Of a DNA stretch of 64,000 nt, positions 46,721 through 57,034 are shown one piece after another (position 1 is the stretch's first letter; every line of letters starts with the position of its first letter). The notes under the pieces were generated by a model. That model ran no database searches. It was not told the origin of the DNA and was given only the letters and a program-made list of their open reading frames with translations. The position numbers and the translations under genes were made by a program. Origin of the DNA: Candidatus Methylomirabilia bacterium (lineage in GTDB: Bacteria; Methylomirabilota; Methylomirabilia; Rokubacteriales; CSP1-6); contig JBGQHJ010000001.1 in the NCBI GenBank assembly GCA_041497895.1, forward strand, positions 64,001-128,000. Reading direction: 5' to 3'.

Positions 46721-49561
46721 ATGGGCCCTGATCGCGCCGCGACCGGAGGCACCTCGAGCCAGTCGACCGCATTCCTCCCCCTGTCCCAGGTGCTCGAGGA
46801 GGAGTTCGTCGCGCTCCACGGTCCGCTGCCGGGCGGCCCGCTCGGCGCCGGCGGCGACCCGCTCCCGGCGCTCTACGAGGCGATCCACGCGCTACCCGAG
46901 AAGCGGGCCGCGCTCTGCCTGTCGGGCGGCGGCATCCGCAGCGCCACCTTCGCCCTGGGCGTGCTGCAGGGCCTGGCCCGCGCCGGGTTGCTCACCCAGT
47001 TCCACTATCTGTCCACCGTCTCGGGAGGGGGCTACATCGGAGCCTGGCTGACCGCCTGGATCCACCGGACCGGCAACGACGTGTCGAAGGTTGCGGGCGA
47101 GCTGGCCTCGCTCAAGCCGCGGGCCAAGCTCGATCCCGAGCCCGGGCCGATCTCGCACCTGCGCGAGTTCAGCAACTACCTGAGCCCGCGGGCCGGACTG
47201 ATGACGACCGACGCGTGGACGCTGCTCGGCACCATCCTGCGCAACATGATCCTGATCTGGCTGGTGCTGGTCCCGTTGCTCGCCGCGGTTCTCATGCTGC
47301 CGCGCCTCTACCTCTCGCTGCTCCTCTGGGTGAACACCTCGGGCGCGTCCTTCAGTCCCGGCGCCCTGCTCGTGGGCGGGGGCGTGCTGCTCGCCTGGGC
47401 GGTGGCCTACATCGCCGCGACCATCCCCAGCAGCACCACCGCGCGCCGAGGGCAGGGCAAGTTCCTCGTCTTCTGCCTGCTCCCGCTGCTCCTCGGCCTG
47501 GGCTCCCTGACCATCTACTGGGCCGCGGTTTCGGGCCGCTCCGACGCCGCGACCCCGGTGCCATTGCCCGGGCTCACCGAGTTCGTCCGGTTCGGCGTCC
47601 TCGTGCATCTCCTGGCCTGGGCCGGGTACACCCTCTGGCTCCGGAGTCCGTGGGGCCATCGGCAGCCGCCGCACGACTCGCTCGGCGGGCGGCTGATCAA
47701 CTTCGTGGCGGACCTGGTCGTGGTGGTCGTGGCCGGCGCGGTGGGGGGCGCGATCGCGTGGCTGCTGGCCGCCAAGCTGTTCAGCCGGGTGGACTACACC
47801 CTGATCCTCTACGCCGCGCTGGCCCCCGGGTTCGTGGTGGGCGCGTTCCTCCTCGCCGCGACCGCGCTGGTCGGCCTGCTGAGCCGCTGGACCGAGGACG
47901 ACGATCGCGAGTGGTGGTCGCGCTGCGGCGCATGGTTCCTGATCGCGGGCTCGGCGTGGACCGTGTTCGGCGCGCTCGTCCTGTTCGGGCCGGTGCTGCT
48001 CTCCCACGTCTGGATCAGCCGGGCTCTCACCGCGGTCGGCGGGGTGTCGGGACTGATGGCGGTGGTGGGGGGATGGTTCACCAAGCTGACCTCACGCGAC
48101 CGGACGTCCACCCAGACGAGCGGGAGCGACCGGCTCATGGCCCTGGTGGTGCCGCTGGCCGGGGTGGTGTTCACGGCGGTGCTGGCGATCGGGCTGTCCA
48201 CGCTGATCTCGGGGCTGCTGGGCTGGCTCGTCACCCGGAGCGGCGGCACCGTCGGCGGGCTCGCGCAGTGGGGAAACTGGCCCCACGGCCCCTTCGACCA
48301 CGTGGGCGTCCTGGTGTCGTCGCCGATTTGGATCGTGGCCGGCGTGGCGGTGGCCCTGACCGCTCTCGGGCTCGTGATGGCCTGGTTCATCAACACCAAC
48401 CGGTTCTCGCTCCACGCGATGTATCGCAACCGGCTGATCCGGGCCTACCTGGGGGCGTCGAACACCGACCGGCACGCGAACCCGTTCACCGGCTTCGACG
48501 ACAACGACAACATCCAGCTGCACGAGCTGTGGCCGCGCTCGTCGGCCGCGCCGCCCGGCGCGCCGACCCCGCGCCGGAAGCTGCTGCACGTGGTCAACAT
48601 GGCGCTGAACCTCGTGCACGGCGAGCGTCTCGCCTGGCAGGAGCGGAAGGCGCACACCTTCACCGCGTCGCCGCTGCACGCGGGGAGCCTCATGGTGGGG
48701 TACCGGCGCACCCGCGCGGGCGCGGGCGGGCCGCGGGCCCACTACGGCGGCACCGAGGGCATGTCGCTCGGCACCGCGGTCACGATCTCGGGCGCGGCGG
48801 CGAGCCCCAACATGGGCTACCACTCCTCCCCGCTGATCACGTTCCTGCTGACCCTGTTCAACGTGCGGCTCGGCTGGTGGCTCGGGAACCCGGGGGTCCA
48901 GGGCGATCACACCTTCTATCTCGCGAGCCCGCGCGTCGCGGTGCGCCCGATCGTGGCGGAGGCCTTCGGCCTCACCAACAGCACCGGGCCGTACGTCTAC
49001 CTGTCGGACGGCGGGCACTTCGAGAACCTCGGGCTCTACGAGATGGTGCTGCGGCGCTGCCACTTCATCGTGGTGAGCGACGCGAGCTGCGACGAGGGCG
49101 GCGTTTTCCAGGACCTGGGCGGCGCGGTGCGGAAGATCCGGGCCGACATGGGGGTGCCCATCGACTTCGAGGGTGGCATCGGCATCCTGCCGCGCTCGGC
49201 GGACCCGGCCAGGCGGGCGGGAAGCCTCTACTGGGCGCTCGGCCGGATCCGCTACTCCATCGCCGATCCGCCTGCGATGCCGGCGGGCGACGCGGGTGCG
49301 CGGGACGGCTGGCTGCTCTACATCAAGCCCGCCTTCTGCGGGACGGAGCCGCCCGACGTCTGCGAGTACGCGATGGCCCACGATCGTTTCCCGCACGAGC
49401 CGACCACCGACCAGTTCTTCAGCGAGTCGCAGTTCGAGAGCTACCGGATGCTCGGCTCCCACGTGATGCAGCAGATGAGCCGCGACTGGAAGGGCGGCTC
49501 GCTGGCCGACTTCATCGCGCACGTCTCGGCGCGGCTGCCCGGGGCCGGCAAGCCGGCCTGA
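46721..49561 (+). CDS. Patatin/cPLA2-like phospholipase with large central transmembrane region
   Basis: SGGGIRSA, STVSGG, LSDGGHFEN; many TM segments between Ser and Asp motifs. Confidence 0.88.
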   Translation: MGPDRAATGGTSSQSTAFLPLSQVLEEEFVALHGPLPGGPLGAGGDPLPALYEAIHALPEKRAALCLSGGGIRSATFALGVLQGLARAGLLTQFHYLSTVSGGGYIGAWLTAWIHRTGNDVSKVAGELASLKPRAKLDPEPGPISHLREFSNYLSPRAGLMTTDAWTLLGTILRNMILIWLVLVPLLAAVLMLPRLYLSLLLWVNTSGASFSPGALLVGGGVLLAWAVAYIAATIPSSTTARRGQGKFLVFCLLPLLLGLGSLTIYWAAVSGRSDAATPVPLPGLTEFVRFGVLVHLLAWAGYTLWLRSPWGHRQPPHDSLGGRLINFVADLVVVVVAGAVGGAIAWLLAAKLFSRVDYTLILYAALAPGFVVGAFLLAATALVGLLSRWTEDDDREWWSRCGAWFLIAGSAWTVFGALVLFGPVLLSHVWISRALTAVGGVSGLMAVVGGWFTKLTSRDRTSTQTSGSDRLMALVVPLAGVVFTAVLAIGLSTLISGLLGWLVTRSGGTVGGLAQWGNWPHGPFDHVGVLVSSPIWIVAGVAVALTALGLVMAWFINTNRFSLHAMYRNRLIRAYLGASNTDRHANPFTGFDDNDNIQLHELWPRSSAAPPGAPTPRRKLLHVVNMALNLVHGERLAWQERKAHTFTASPLHAGSLMVGYRRTRAGAGGPRAHYGGTEGMSLGTAVTISGAAASPNMGYHSSPLITFLLTLFNVRLGWWLGNPGVQGDHTFYLASPRVAVRPIVAEAFGLTNSTGPYVYLSDGGHFENLGLYEMVLRRCHFIVVSDASCDEGGVFQDLGGAVRKIRADMGVPIDFEGGIGILPRSADPARRAGSLYWALGRIRYSIADPPAMPAGDAGARDGWLLYIKPAFCGTEPPDVCEYAMAHDRFPHEPTTDQFFSESQFESYRMLGSHVMQQMSRDWKGGSLADFIAHVSARLPGAGKPA

Positions 49562-49571
49562 GCTCCACCGC

Positions 49572-50039
49572 TCAGGCGCACCACTCGCGCGGGCCGTCGT
49601 CGGCGAAGCCGCACTGCTCGCACGGATGGTAGACGTGCCAGGCGGGCGGCATCGCCACCGCCAGGCGCAGGGAGAGATCGTCGCCCACGTTCCGGATGTG
49701 ATGCACGGTGCCGCGCGGCACCCACACGATGTCGTCCTTGGCCGCGTTCACCACGACCCCGCCGGTCAGCTCCCACTGGAGACGCCCGCCGAGTACCACC
49801 CACCACTCGTCGAACTCGCGGTGCCAGTGCGGCCGGTTCCCGCCGCCGGGCGACGAGGCGATGAGGGTCACGAGGTTGCGCTCGTCCGAGATGATGCGCC
49901 GGGCCCAGGGGGCCGGGCCCATCTGGGCGACGACCTCGGCCACCCGGGTGAGGAGCGGGCTCGCGCCGGACGCGGGCGCGGTCGGCCCGGCGGCCAGGCG
50001 GTTGATCATGATGGTGACGGGTGACTCGGCGGTGGACAT
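49572..50039 (-). CDS. Cupin with C-terminal Cys motif
   Basis: PHWHREFDEWW...HHIRN; HPCEQCG...WCA. Confidence 0.8.
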   Translation of the reverse strand: MSTAESPVTIMINRLAAGPTAPASGASPLLTRVAEVVAQMGPAPWARRIISDERNLVTLIASSPGGGNRPHWHREFDEWWVVLGGRLQWELTGGVVVNAAKDDIVWVPRGTVHHIRNVGDDLSLRLAVAMPPAWHVYHPCEQCGFADDGPREWCA

Positions 50040-50147
50040 TGAGGAGGCCTCCCGGCAGAGAGAATTACCCGCGAAGGCGTCCGGCGCAAGCGGTTGCGGG
50101 CCCCCCGATCGCTCGCATAGAATCGGGGCCCTGAGAGGAGAGCGGCC

Positions 50148-51086
50148 ATGTCACCGACGACCAGAGCGCTCCACCCCCGGTTCGGCGCTGAGCTGGTGGG
50201 CGTCGACGTCAAGCGCGTGGACGACGCGGCCTTCGCGGAGATCGCCGCCGCGTTCGACGAGCACTCGGTGCTCCTCTTCCGCGGGCAGTCTCTCACCGAC
50301 GAGGAGCAGATCGCGTTCAGCCGGCGTTTCGGTCCGCTCGAGACCACCATCCGCAGCATCTCGAGCCGCGAGGGCACGCCGGTCCACATCGCCAACCTCT
50401 CCAACGTGGACGCCGACGGCCGGCTGATCCCGAGCGGGGACAAGCGCAACGTCTACAACGCGGGCAACCAGATGTGGCACAGCGACAGCTCGTTCAAGAA
50501 GGCGCCCGCGCTCGCGTCGCTGCTCTCCGCTCGCGAGATCCCACCCGAGGGCGGGGAGACCCAGTTCGCCAGCATGCGGGTGGCCCACGAGCGCCTGCCC
50601 GCCGACGTGCAGCGCTTTCTCGAGGACAAGGTCGCGGTGCACAGCTTCGTCTACTCGCGCGGGCTGGTGGACGACGGCCTGATGCCGGCCGACCACGCGG
50701 CCCAGGTGCCGCCGGTGCGCCAGGCACTGGTGCGGGTCAACCCGGTGAACGGCCGCCGGGCGTTCTACGTGGGCTCGCACGCCTGCGAGATCGTGGGCAT
50801 GCCGACCGCGGAGGCCCGCGCGCTCCTGCGCGAGCTGCGCGAGGCGGCCACCCGTCCCGAACTGGTCTACACCCACCGCTGGCAGGTCGGCGACCTCGTG
50901 ATGTGGGACAACCGCTGCATGCTCCACCGCGGGCGCCCGTGGGACGAGTCCCGCTATCGCCGCGTCATGCACCGGACCACGGTGGCGGGCGACGGGCCCA
51001 CCGCGCCCGACGAGGCGCCGGCCACGATCAACCCCGCGCGGGCGGAAGACGTGGCCTGGGGTCGCGCGCAGCTCGAGCTGGTCTAG
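50148..51086 (+). CDS. TauD/TfdA family Fe(II)/2-oxoglutarate dioxygenase
   Basis: [22 protein letters not shown]. Confidence 0.92.
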   Translation: MSPTTRALHPRFGAELVGVDVKRVDDAAFAEIAAAFDEHSVLLFRGQSLTDEEQIAFSRRFGPLETTIRSISSREGTPVHIANLSNVDADGRLIPSGDKRNVYNAGNQMWHSDSSFKKAPALASLLSAREIPPEGGETQFASMRVAHERLPADVQRFLEDKVAVHSFVYSRGLVDDGLMPADHAAQVPPVRQALVRVNPVNGRRAFYVGSHACEIVGMPTAEARALLRELREAATRPELVYTHRWQVGDLVMWDNRCMLHRGRPWDESRYRRVMHRTTVAGDGPTAPDEAPATINPARAEDVAWGRAQLELV

Positions 51087-51141
51087 CCCGCCGCCGCGCC
51101 GGTCCCCGGTGCCCACGGCGGCGGAGCGGAGGGACGTGTCG

Positions 51142-51774
51142 ATGGCGGGCCAGGTGGTCGAGATCCGCCACCCCCTCGTGCAGCACAAGCTCGGTCTCAT
51201 GCGGAAGAAGGACACCAGCACCTCCGAGTTCCGCAGCCTCCTCGCCGAGATCAGCATGCTGCTCGCCTACGAGGTCACCCGCGATCTGCCCACCCACGAG
51301 GTGGCGGCGGAGACGCCGGTGGCTCCCACCACGATCCGGCTCCTCGACGGCAAGAAGATCGTGCTGGTGTCGATCCTGCGGGCGGGCAACGGTCTCCTCG
51401 ACGGCATGCTCCGCATCCTGCCGAGCGCGCGGGTGGGCCACGTGGGGCTCTACCGCGACCCGGCCACGCTGCAGGCGGTCGAGTACTATTTCAAGCTGCC
51501 GCACGAGATGGCGGAGCGCGACGTGGTGCTGCTCGACCCGATGCTCGCGACCGGGAACTCCGCGGTGGCGGCGGTGAGCCGGGTCCGCGCCACCCGGCCG
51601 CGCTCCATCCGCTTCGTCTGCCTGCTCACCTGCCCGGAGGGTCTCGCCGCGTTCCACCGCGCGCACCCGGATGTGCCGGTCTACACCGCGGCCATCGACA
51701 GCCACCTCAACGAGCACGGCTACATCGTCCCCGGCCTCGGCGACGCGGGCGACCGGCTCTTCGGCACGCGATGA
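51142..51774 (+). CDS. upp: Uracil phosphoribosyltransferase
   Basis: [28 protein letters not shown]. Confidence 0.97.
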   Translation: MAGQVVEIRHPLVQHKLGLMRKKDTSTSEFRSLLAEISMLLAYEVTRDLPTHEVAAETPVAPTTIRLLDGKKIVLVSILRAGNGLLDGMLRILPSARVGHVGLYRDPATLQAVEYYFKLPHEMAERDVVLLDPMLATGNSAVAAVSRVRATRPRSIRFVCLLTCPEGLAAFHRAHPDVPVYTAAIDSHLNEHGYIVPGLGDAGDRLFGTR

Positions 51775-52523
51775 GGCTCGCAAACAAGGTCGCGCTGATC
51801 AGCGGCGGCGCCCGCGGCATGGGCGCGGCGGAGGCGCGCCTCTTTGCGCGGGAGGGCGCGCGGGTGGTGATCGGCGACATTCTCGATGCCGAGGGCAAGC
51901 AGGTGGAGGCCGCGATCACCGGCGCGGGCGGGCAGGCGGTCTACGTGCACCTCGACGTGACGAGCGAGGCGGACTGGGAGCGCGCGGTGGCGACCGCGGT
52001 CTCCCGCTTCGGGCGGCTCGACGTCCTGGTGAACAACGCGGGCGTGGGCGGCGGCAGCCGGCTCGAAGACACCACCGCGGAGGCGTGGGATCACGGCATG
52101 GACGTCAACGCCAAGGGCGTGTTCCTCGGGACCAAGGCCGCGATCCCCGCGATGCGGCGCGCGGGCGGGGGCTCCATCGTGAACATCTCCTCCCAGCTCG
52201 GCCTGGTGGGCATGGAGCGCAGCAGCCCGCAGTACCAGGCCTCGAAGGGCGCGGTGCGCACCCTCACCAAGCTCACCGCGGTGCAGTACGCGCGCGAGCG
52301 CATCCGGGCCAACTCGGTCCACCCGGGCCCGGTGGTGACGCCGATGACCGAGGCGCGGCGGGGCGATCCCGGCCACTACGAGTACATGGTGTCGCGCATC
52401 CCGCTCGGCCGGTACGGCGAGCCCGACGAGGTCGCCTACGGCGTCCTCTACCTCGCCTCCGACGAGGCCGCGTTCGTGACCGGCAGCGAGCTGGTCATCG
52501 ACGGAGGCTGGACCGCCCAGTAG
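51771..52523 (+). CDS. SDR family oxidoreductase
   Basis: [17 protein letters not shown]. Confidence 0.92.
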   Translation: MRLANKVALISGGARGMGAAEARLFAREGARVVIGDILDAEGKQVEAAITGAGGQAVYVHLDVTSEADWERAVATAVSRFGRLDVLVNNAGVGGGSRLEDTTAEAWDHGMDVNAKGVFLGTKAAIPAMRRAGGGSIVNISSQLGLVGMERSSPQYQASKGAVRTLTKLTAVQYARERIRANSVHPGPVVTPMTEARRGDPGHYEYMVSRIPLGRYGEPDEVAYGVLYLASDEAAFVTGSELVIDGGWTAQ

Positions 52524-52563
52524 CCCGAACGGCCCCAATAGCACCAACCGAGAGGAGTCGCGC

Positions 52564-53181
52564 ATGATCTACGAGATCCGGACGTACCGCGTCAAGGTCG
52601 GCAGCGTGCCCGAGGTCGAGAAGCGCTTCGGAGAGGCCTACGAGCACCGCAAGAAGGTCTCGCCGCTCGCCGCCTTCTGGCACACCGAGATCGGCCCGCT
52701 GAACGAGATCATCCACGTGTGGCCGTACGAGAGCCTCAGCGAGCGCAACCGCCTCCGGGCGGAGGCGGTCAAGGCGGGCAACTGGCCGCCCAAGATCGCG
52801 GAGTTCATCGAGACCATGCAGTCGGAGATCGTGGTGCCGTTCGCGTTCCTGCCCGACCTCAAGCCCGGCAAGATGGGCCCCTACTTCGAGATGCGCTACT
52901 ACGCGCTGAAGGCGGGCACGCTGCCGGACCTGATCAAGCGCTGGGAGTCGAAGATCGAGGAGCGGGTCAAGATGTCGCCGATCGCGCTGGCCGGCCACGT
53001 CGAGCACGGCGAGGCCAACCGCTTCATCCACATCTGGGCCTACAAGAGCCTCGACGAGCGGACCGCGGTTCGTAACAAGGCGCGCGAGATGGGCGTGTGG
53101 CCGCCTCCGGGTGGGAGCGACACCCTGCTCACCATGGCCAACAAGATCATGCTGCCCTCGGCGTTCTCCCCGGTGCAGTAA
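52564..53181 (+). CDS. NIPSNAP family protein (two domains)
   Basis: IYEIRTY and YFEMRYY repeats; PFAF / PSAFSP. Confidence 0.9.
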   Translation: MIYEIRTYRVKVGSVPEVEKRFGEAYEHRKKVSPLAAFWHTEIGPLNEIIHVWPYESLSERNRLRAEAVKAGNWPPKIAEFIETMQSEIVVPFAFLPDLKPGKMGPYFEMRYYALKAGTLPDLIKRWESKIEERVKMSPIALAGHVEHGEANRFIHIWAYKSLDERTAVRNKAREMGVWPPPGGSDTLLTMANKIMLPSAFSPVQ

Positions 53182-53183
53182 AT

Positions 53184-53951
53184 CTAGGAGGGCAAACCGC
53201 CGAGGAAGTCGAGCAGCACGCGGTTGAAGGCCTCCGGCTGGTCGAGGTTCGAGGAGTGTCCGGCGCCCCGGATGACCTCGAGCCTCGCCCCGGGGATCTT
53301 CTTGGCCATGTACTCGCAGGGAGCCAGGAAGGGCTGGTCTCGATCGCCGACGATGATGAGGGTCGGCACCGTGATCCCGGCGAGCCCGTCGATCACCCGC
53401 GAGCCCTCCTGGGCCAGCATCCCGCGCGCGGCGTGGGCCAGGCCCTGCGCCGAGCGGTGCAGGCTCGCCGACTCGCGCACCTCTCGGCTCGTGCCCAGCG
53501 CCTCGAGCCCGCGCGTCTCGAACGAGCTGGCCCGCTCCTGAGCCCGCTGGTTCCACGCCGCCCGCGCGTCCGCGCTGCGGTAGCCGGGGCCGGAGTCGCA
53601 GATGACCAGCGCGCGGACCATCTCGGGATGCGCCAGGTAGAACGCGAGCGAGACGTAGCCGCCCAGGGAGAGACCGCCGATCACCGCGCGCTCGACCCCC
53701 ACGTGGCCGAGCAGCGTGCGCATGTCGGCCACCGTCAGGTCCGCGGAGTACTGGGCCGGGTCGGCCGGGCTCTCGGTCTCGCCGTGGCCACGCATGCTCC
53801 AGGAGATGACCCGGTGTGTTTCGCCGAGCGCGGTGTGCTGGGCGTCCCACATCCGGCGGGTGGCCGAGTAGCCGTGGCTCAGCAGCACGGCGGGGCCGGC
53901 GCCGCTCGCCTGGTAGTCGATCTCGATGCCATTCAGTCTGGCTCGCGTCAT
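53184..53951 (-). CDS. Alpha/beta hydrolase
   Basis: HGY, GLSLGG, GDRD, GHSSN. Confidence 0.9.
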   Translation of the reverse strand: MTRARLNGIEIDYQASGAGPAVLLSHGYSATRRMWDAQHTALGETHRVISWSMRGHGETESPADPAQYSADLTVADMRTLLGHVGVERAVIGGLSLGGYVSLAFYLAHPEMVRALVICDSGPGYRSADARAAWNQRAQERASSFETRGLEALGTSREVRESASLHRSAQGLAHAARGMLAQEGSRVIDGLAGITVPTLIIVGDRDQPFLAPCEYMAKKIPGARLEVIRGAGHSSNLDQPEAFNRVLLDFLGGLPS

Positions 53952-53978
53952 CGCGCCCGAGTATGACAGAATCGCGCC

Positions 53979-55469
53979 ATGCGCACCATTGGATGGCGAT
54001 GGGGATGGCGGTGGGTGATGGGGATGCTGCTGCTGGCGGTGCCGGCGGGGGCGGGGGCCCAGGATCTGACCGAGCTGTCGGCCACCGAGACAGCGGCGCG
54101 CATCCGGGCCGGCACGCTCAAGAGCGAGGACCTGGTGCGGGCCCTCGTCGACGTGATCGAGCGGAAGCGCGACCTCAACGCCTTCATCACCTTCGATCGC
54201 GAGCGGGCGATCGCCTCCGCGCACAAGGCGGACGCTCTCGCCGCCCGCAAGACGTTCGCGGGGCCGCTGCACGGTGTGCCGATCGTGGTGAAGGACAACA
54301 TCCACGTGGCCGGGCTGCCCAACTCGGCGGGCACTCCCGCGCTCCGCGACTTCGTCCCGACCCGCAACGCGGTGGTGGCCGAGAAGCTGATCCGCGCGGG
54401 CGCCATCGTGCTCGGCAAGACCAACATGCACGAGCTGGCCTTCGGCATCACGAGCAACAACGCGGCCTTCGGACCGGCGCGCAACGCCTACGATCCGAGC
54501 CGCATCGCGGGCGGTTCCTCCGGAGGCACCGCCACCGCGATCGCGGCGCGCATGGCCGCGGCGGGCCTGGGCACCGACACCGGCGGCTCGGTCCGCATCC
54601 CGGCCGCGCTCAACGGCATCGCGGGCCTCCGTCCGACGCTCGGCCGCTACTCGCAGGACGGCATCACGCCGATCGCCCACACCCGGGACACCGCGGGACC
54701 GATGGCCCGCGAGGTGGCCGACCTCGTGCTGCTCGACACCATCATCACCGGCGCGCGCGATCGCGTCACCGCCACCCCGCTCAAGGGTTTGCGCCTGGGC
54801 GTCTGCCGGGCCCTCTTCTTCCGGAGCCTCGACCCCGCGACCGAGCAGCTCGCCGATGCCACGCTCGACCGCCTGCGGGCGGCGGGAGCGGAGCTCGTCG
54901 ACGTCGACATGCCGGGGCTCGTCGACCTCAACGGCAAGATCAGCTTCCCGGTGGCGCTCTACGAGGCGCGTACCGATCTCATCCGCTACCTCAAGCGCTA
55001 CCGCCCCGCGCTCGACCTGACCGCCCTCGCGGGGCAAATCGCGAGCCCGGACGTGAAGGGACTCTTCGCCAGCGCGATCGTGCCCGGAGCCAAGGACGCG
55101 ATCCCCGAGAAGGTCTACCTGGCCGCGCTGGCCGCGCGGCCGCTGCTCCAGCAGCTTTACGCGGAGACCTTCCGGAAGCACAACATCGCGGCCCTGGTGT
55201 TTCCCACCACGCCGCTGCCCGCCGCGCCGGTCGGCGACGACGAGAAGACCTTGCTCAACGGGGCCGAGGTCCCGACCTTCCCCACCTTCATCCAGAACAC
55301 CGATCCGGGCAGCAACGCGGGCATCCCCGGGCTCAGCGTGCCGATCGGGCGCACCGCGGCCGGCCTGCCCGTCGGCCTCGAGCTCGACGGCCCACCGGGC
55401 AGCGACCGGCGGCTCCTCGGCATCGGCCTCGCGATGGAGACACTCGTCGGTCGCCTGCCCGCTCCCTGA
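53979..55469 (+). CDS. Amidase signature family protein (indoleacetamide hydrolase-like) with signal peptide
   Basis: KDN, GGSSGG, GTDTGGSVRIP. Confidence 0.9.
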   Translation: MRTIGWRWGWRWVMGMLLLAVPAGAGAQDLTELSATETAARIRAGTLKSEDLVRALVDVIERKRDLNAFITFDRERAIASAHKADALAARKTFAGPLHGVPIVVKDNIHVAGLPNSAGTPALRDFVPTRNAVVAEKLIRAGAIVLGKTNMHELAFGITSNNAAFGPARNAYDPSRIAGGSSGGTATAIAARMAAAGLGTDTGGSVRIPAALNGIAGLRPTLGRYSQDGITPIAHTRDTAGPMAREVADLVLLDTIITGARDRVTATPLKGLRLGVCRALFFRSLDPATEQLADATLDRLRAAGAELVDVDMPGLVDLNGKISFPVALYEARTDLIRYLKRYRPALDLTALAGQIASPDVKGLFASAIVPGAKDAIPEKVYLAALAARPLLQQLYAETFRKHNIAALVFPTTPLPAAPVGDDEKTLLNGAEVPTFPTFIQNTDPGSNAGIPGLSVPIGRTAAGLPVGLELDGPPGSDRRLLGIGLAMETLVGRLPAP

Positions 55470-55517
55470 TCGCCACGCGGCACCGCTACGACCGGCGCGT
55501 GGAGCTGCCGACGACGC

Positions 55518-55931
55518 TCAGCGGGTGCCCGGCGCGCCCACCCACACCCACGTGTAGGGATACTCCTTGCCGTTACCGTGCTGCTCCCAGCGACCGTTCG
55601 ATAGCTGGATCTCGGGCGCCGGCTCGACCCGCGCCGGGGGCACGTAGGTCAGGGTCGGGGGCGCCGGTACCACGTACACGATCGGTGGGGGCGGGACCAC
55701 CATCATGGGCGGTGGAGGCTCCGTGGGCAGATACGACCATCCCACGCAGCACGGGAAGCCGGGCACGGGCCGGTGCGGGAGCGGTGGGCGCGCGCGGTGC
55801 GACGGGGGACGATCGGGGCGCACGCCGTCGGGCCCCATACCGGAGCCGACGCGGACGTCCTGGGCGGAGGCGCCCGGCGGGGCGAGCATGCCGATCAGGA
55901 TCACCGCCAGCAGGGCCACCAGGCGACGCAT
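55518..55931 (-). CDS. Secreted Pro-rich hypothetical protein
   Basis: Signal peptide ending ASA; GRWEQHGNG...YTWVWV. Confidence 0.7.
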   Translation of the reverse strand: MRRLVALLAVILIGMLAPPGASAQDVRVGSGMGPDGVRPDRPPSHRARPPLPHRPVPGFPCCVGWSYLPTEPPPPMMVVPPPPIVYVVPAPPTLTYVPPARVEPAPEIQLSNGRWEQHGNGKEYPYTWVWVGAPGTR

Positions 55932-56020
55932 GCCCGCAGTCTACGCTCGGCCGCGTCTCGCCGCCACCGCTCGACGCGCTGCCGCTTGACAAGGAGGGGC
56001 GCGCGGCGGTCTGCTTGAGG

Positions 56021-56272
56021 GCGACGGAGGGTGAGGCGCCGCCCGCCGTCGTGCGGTGAACCAGACAGGGAGAGATCAGGATGGACAACACGCCACCCGG
56101 CTCGTACGGCGCGTCATCGGGCGTGGTTCCGGCCTGATGACGCGCGAAGCTCACTAGAACAACACGAGATCCCGGCTCATCGTCGGGACATGCCGCAGGA
56201 TCGTGATCCTGCGCGCGAGAAACCGAGGCCCGGCAGGCGGTTCACCGGTTCCGCCTCCGGGCCGTTTTTCTC
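56021..56272 (+). ncRNA. Candidate cis-regulatory structured RNA (tandem motif + attenuator)
   Basis: Two ACAACACG-N3-(t)CCCGGCTC...TCGGG(a)CRTG units, several hairpins, terminator, and a 9-bp antiterminator complement. Confidence 0.5.
56227..56269 (+). terminator. Intrinsic terminator upstream of the dienelactone hydrolase RBS
   Basis: GGCCCGG-c-AGGCGG / CCGCCT-CCGGGCC stem followed by gTTTTT. Confidence 0.75.
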
Positions 56273-56299
56273 ACGGGCGTTCGTCGGAGGAGGCGCGGC

Positions 56300-57034
56300 A
56301 TGGCGCAGTGGGATCGGATCGACGTGGATGGCTCGCCGATGCGTCTGTACGTGGGCATGCCGAGCCTCGGCCGCGCATTCCCCGCGGTGATCGTCATCCA
56401 GCACGGCCCCGGGGTGGACCGCTTCATCCAGGACCGCGTCGAGACCCTGTCGGAGCAGCACGGCTACCTCGCGATCGCTCCCGACCTCTATCACCGGCAG
56501 CCCGACGACGGCGACATGATGACCCGCATCGGTCGGCTGCGGGACCCCGAGGTCGTCAACGACGTCAGCGCCGCGGTGAACTACGCGCGCCGGCTCAAGG
56601 ACACCCAGCTCGGCGACGTGGGGATCATCGGCTTCTGCATGGGCGGCCGCGTCGCCTACCTGATGGCGGCCTCCAAGCCGGTCTTCAAGGCGGCGGGCGT
56701 GTTCTACGGGGGCAACATCATGAAGGCGTGGGGGGACGGGCCCACCCCCTTCGACCTCACGCCCTACGTGCACTGCCCGATCGTCGGCTTCTTCGGCAAC
56801 GAGGATGCGAACCCCTCGCCGGTCGACGTGGATCGGATCTCGACCCAGCTCGACAAGTACCGCAAGGCCCACGAGTTCCACCGCTACGACGGCGCGGGCC
56901 ACGCCTTCCTGAACTTCTCCAACCCGGTGACCTACCGGGAGGGGCCCGCCCGCGACGCGTGGGAGAAGCTGATCCCGTTCCTGCAGCGGCACCTGCAGTC
57001 GAGCCGCCAGCCGCGGCAGCGGCTACCCGGCTAG
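56300..57034 (+). CDS. Dienelactone hydrolase family protein
   Basis: GFCMGG nucleophile, APDLY, AGHAF; GGAGGAGG RBS. Confidence 0.92.
   Translation: MAQWDRIDVDGSPMRLYVGMPSLGRAFPAVIVIQHGPGVDRFIQDRVETLSEQHGYLAIAPDLYHRQPDDGDMMTRIGRLRDPEVVNDVSAAVNYARRLKDTQLGDVGIIGFCMGGRVAYLMAASKPVFKAAGVFYGGNIMKAWGDGPTPFDLTPYVHCPIVGFFGNEDANPSPVDVDRISTQLDKYRKAHEFHRYDGAGHAFLNFSNPVTYREGPARDAWEKLIPFLQRHLQSSRQPRQRLPG

Noticed and set aside
49560..49580. TGC-GCC-TGA (CxU?) at the end of the cupin as a possible selenocysteine
   Set aside because: Downstream sequence is antisense to the phospholipase 3' end, with no convincing SECIS; a normal stop is more likely
53991..54014. GWRW x2 tandem 12-bp repeat in the amidase N-terminus
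   Set aside because: Two imperfect copies in a signal-peptide n-region; no evidence of function
56133..56150. CTGATGA as a hammerhead ribozyme core
   Set aside because: No stem II followed by GAAA
56150..56185. Resemblance of gagatcccggctcatcg to the RNase P RNA 3' consensus
   Set aside because: No GAGGAAAGUCC 5' motif or other conserved regions
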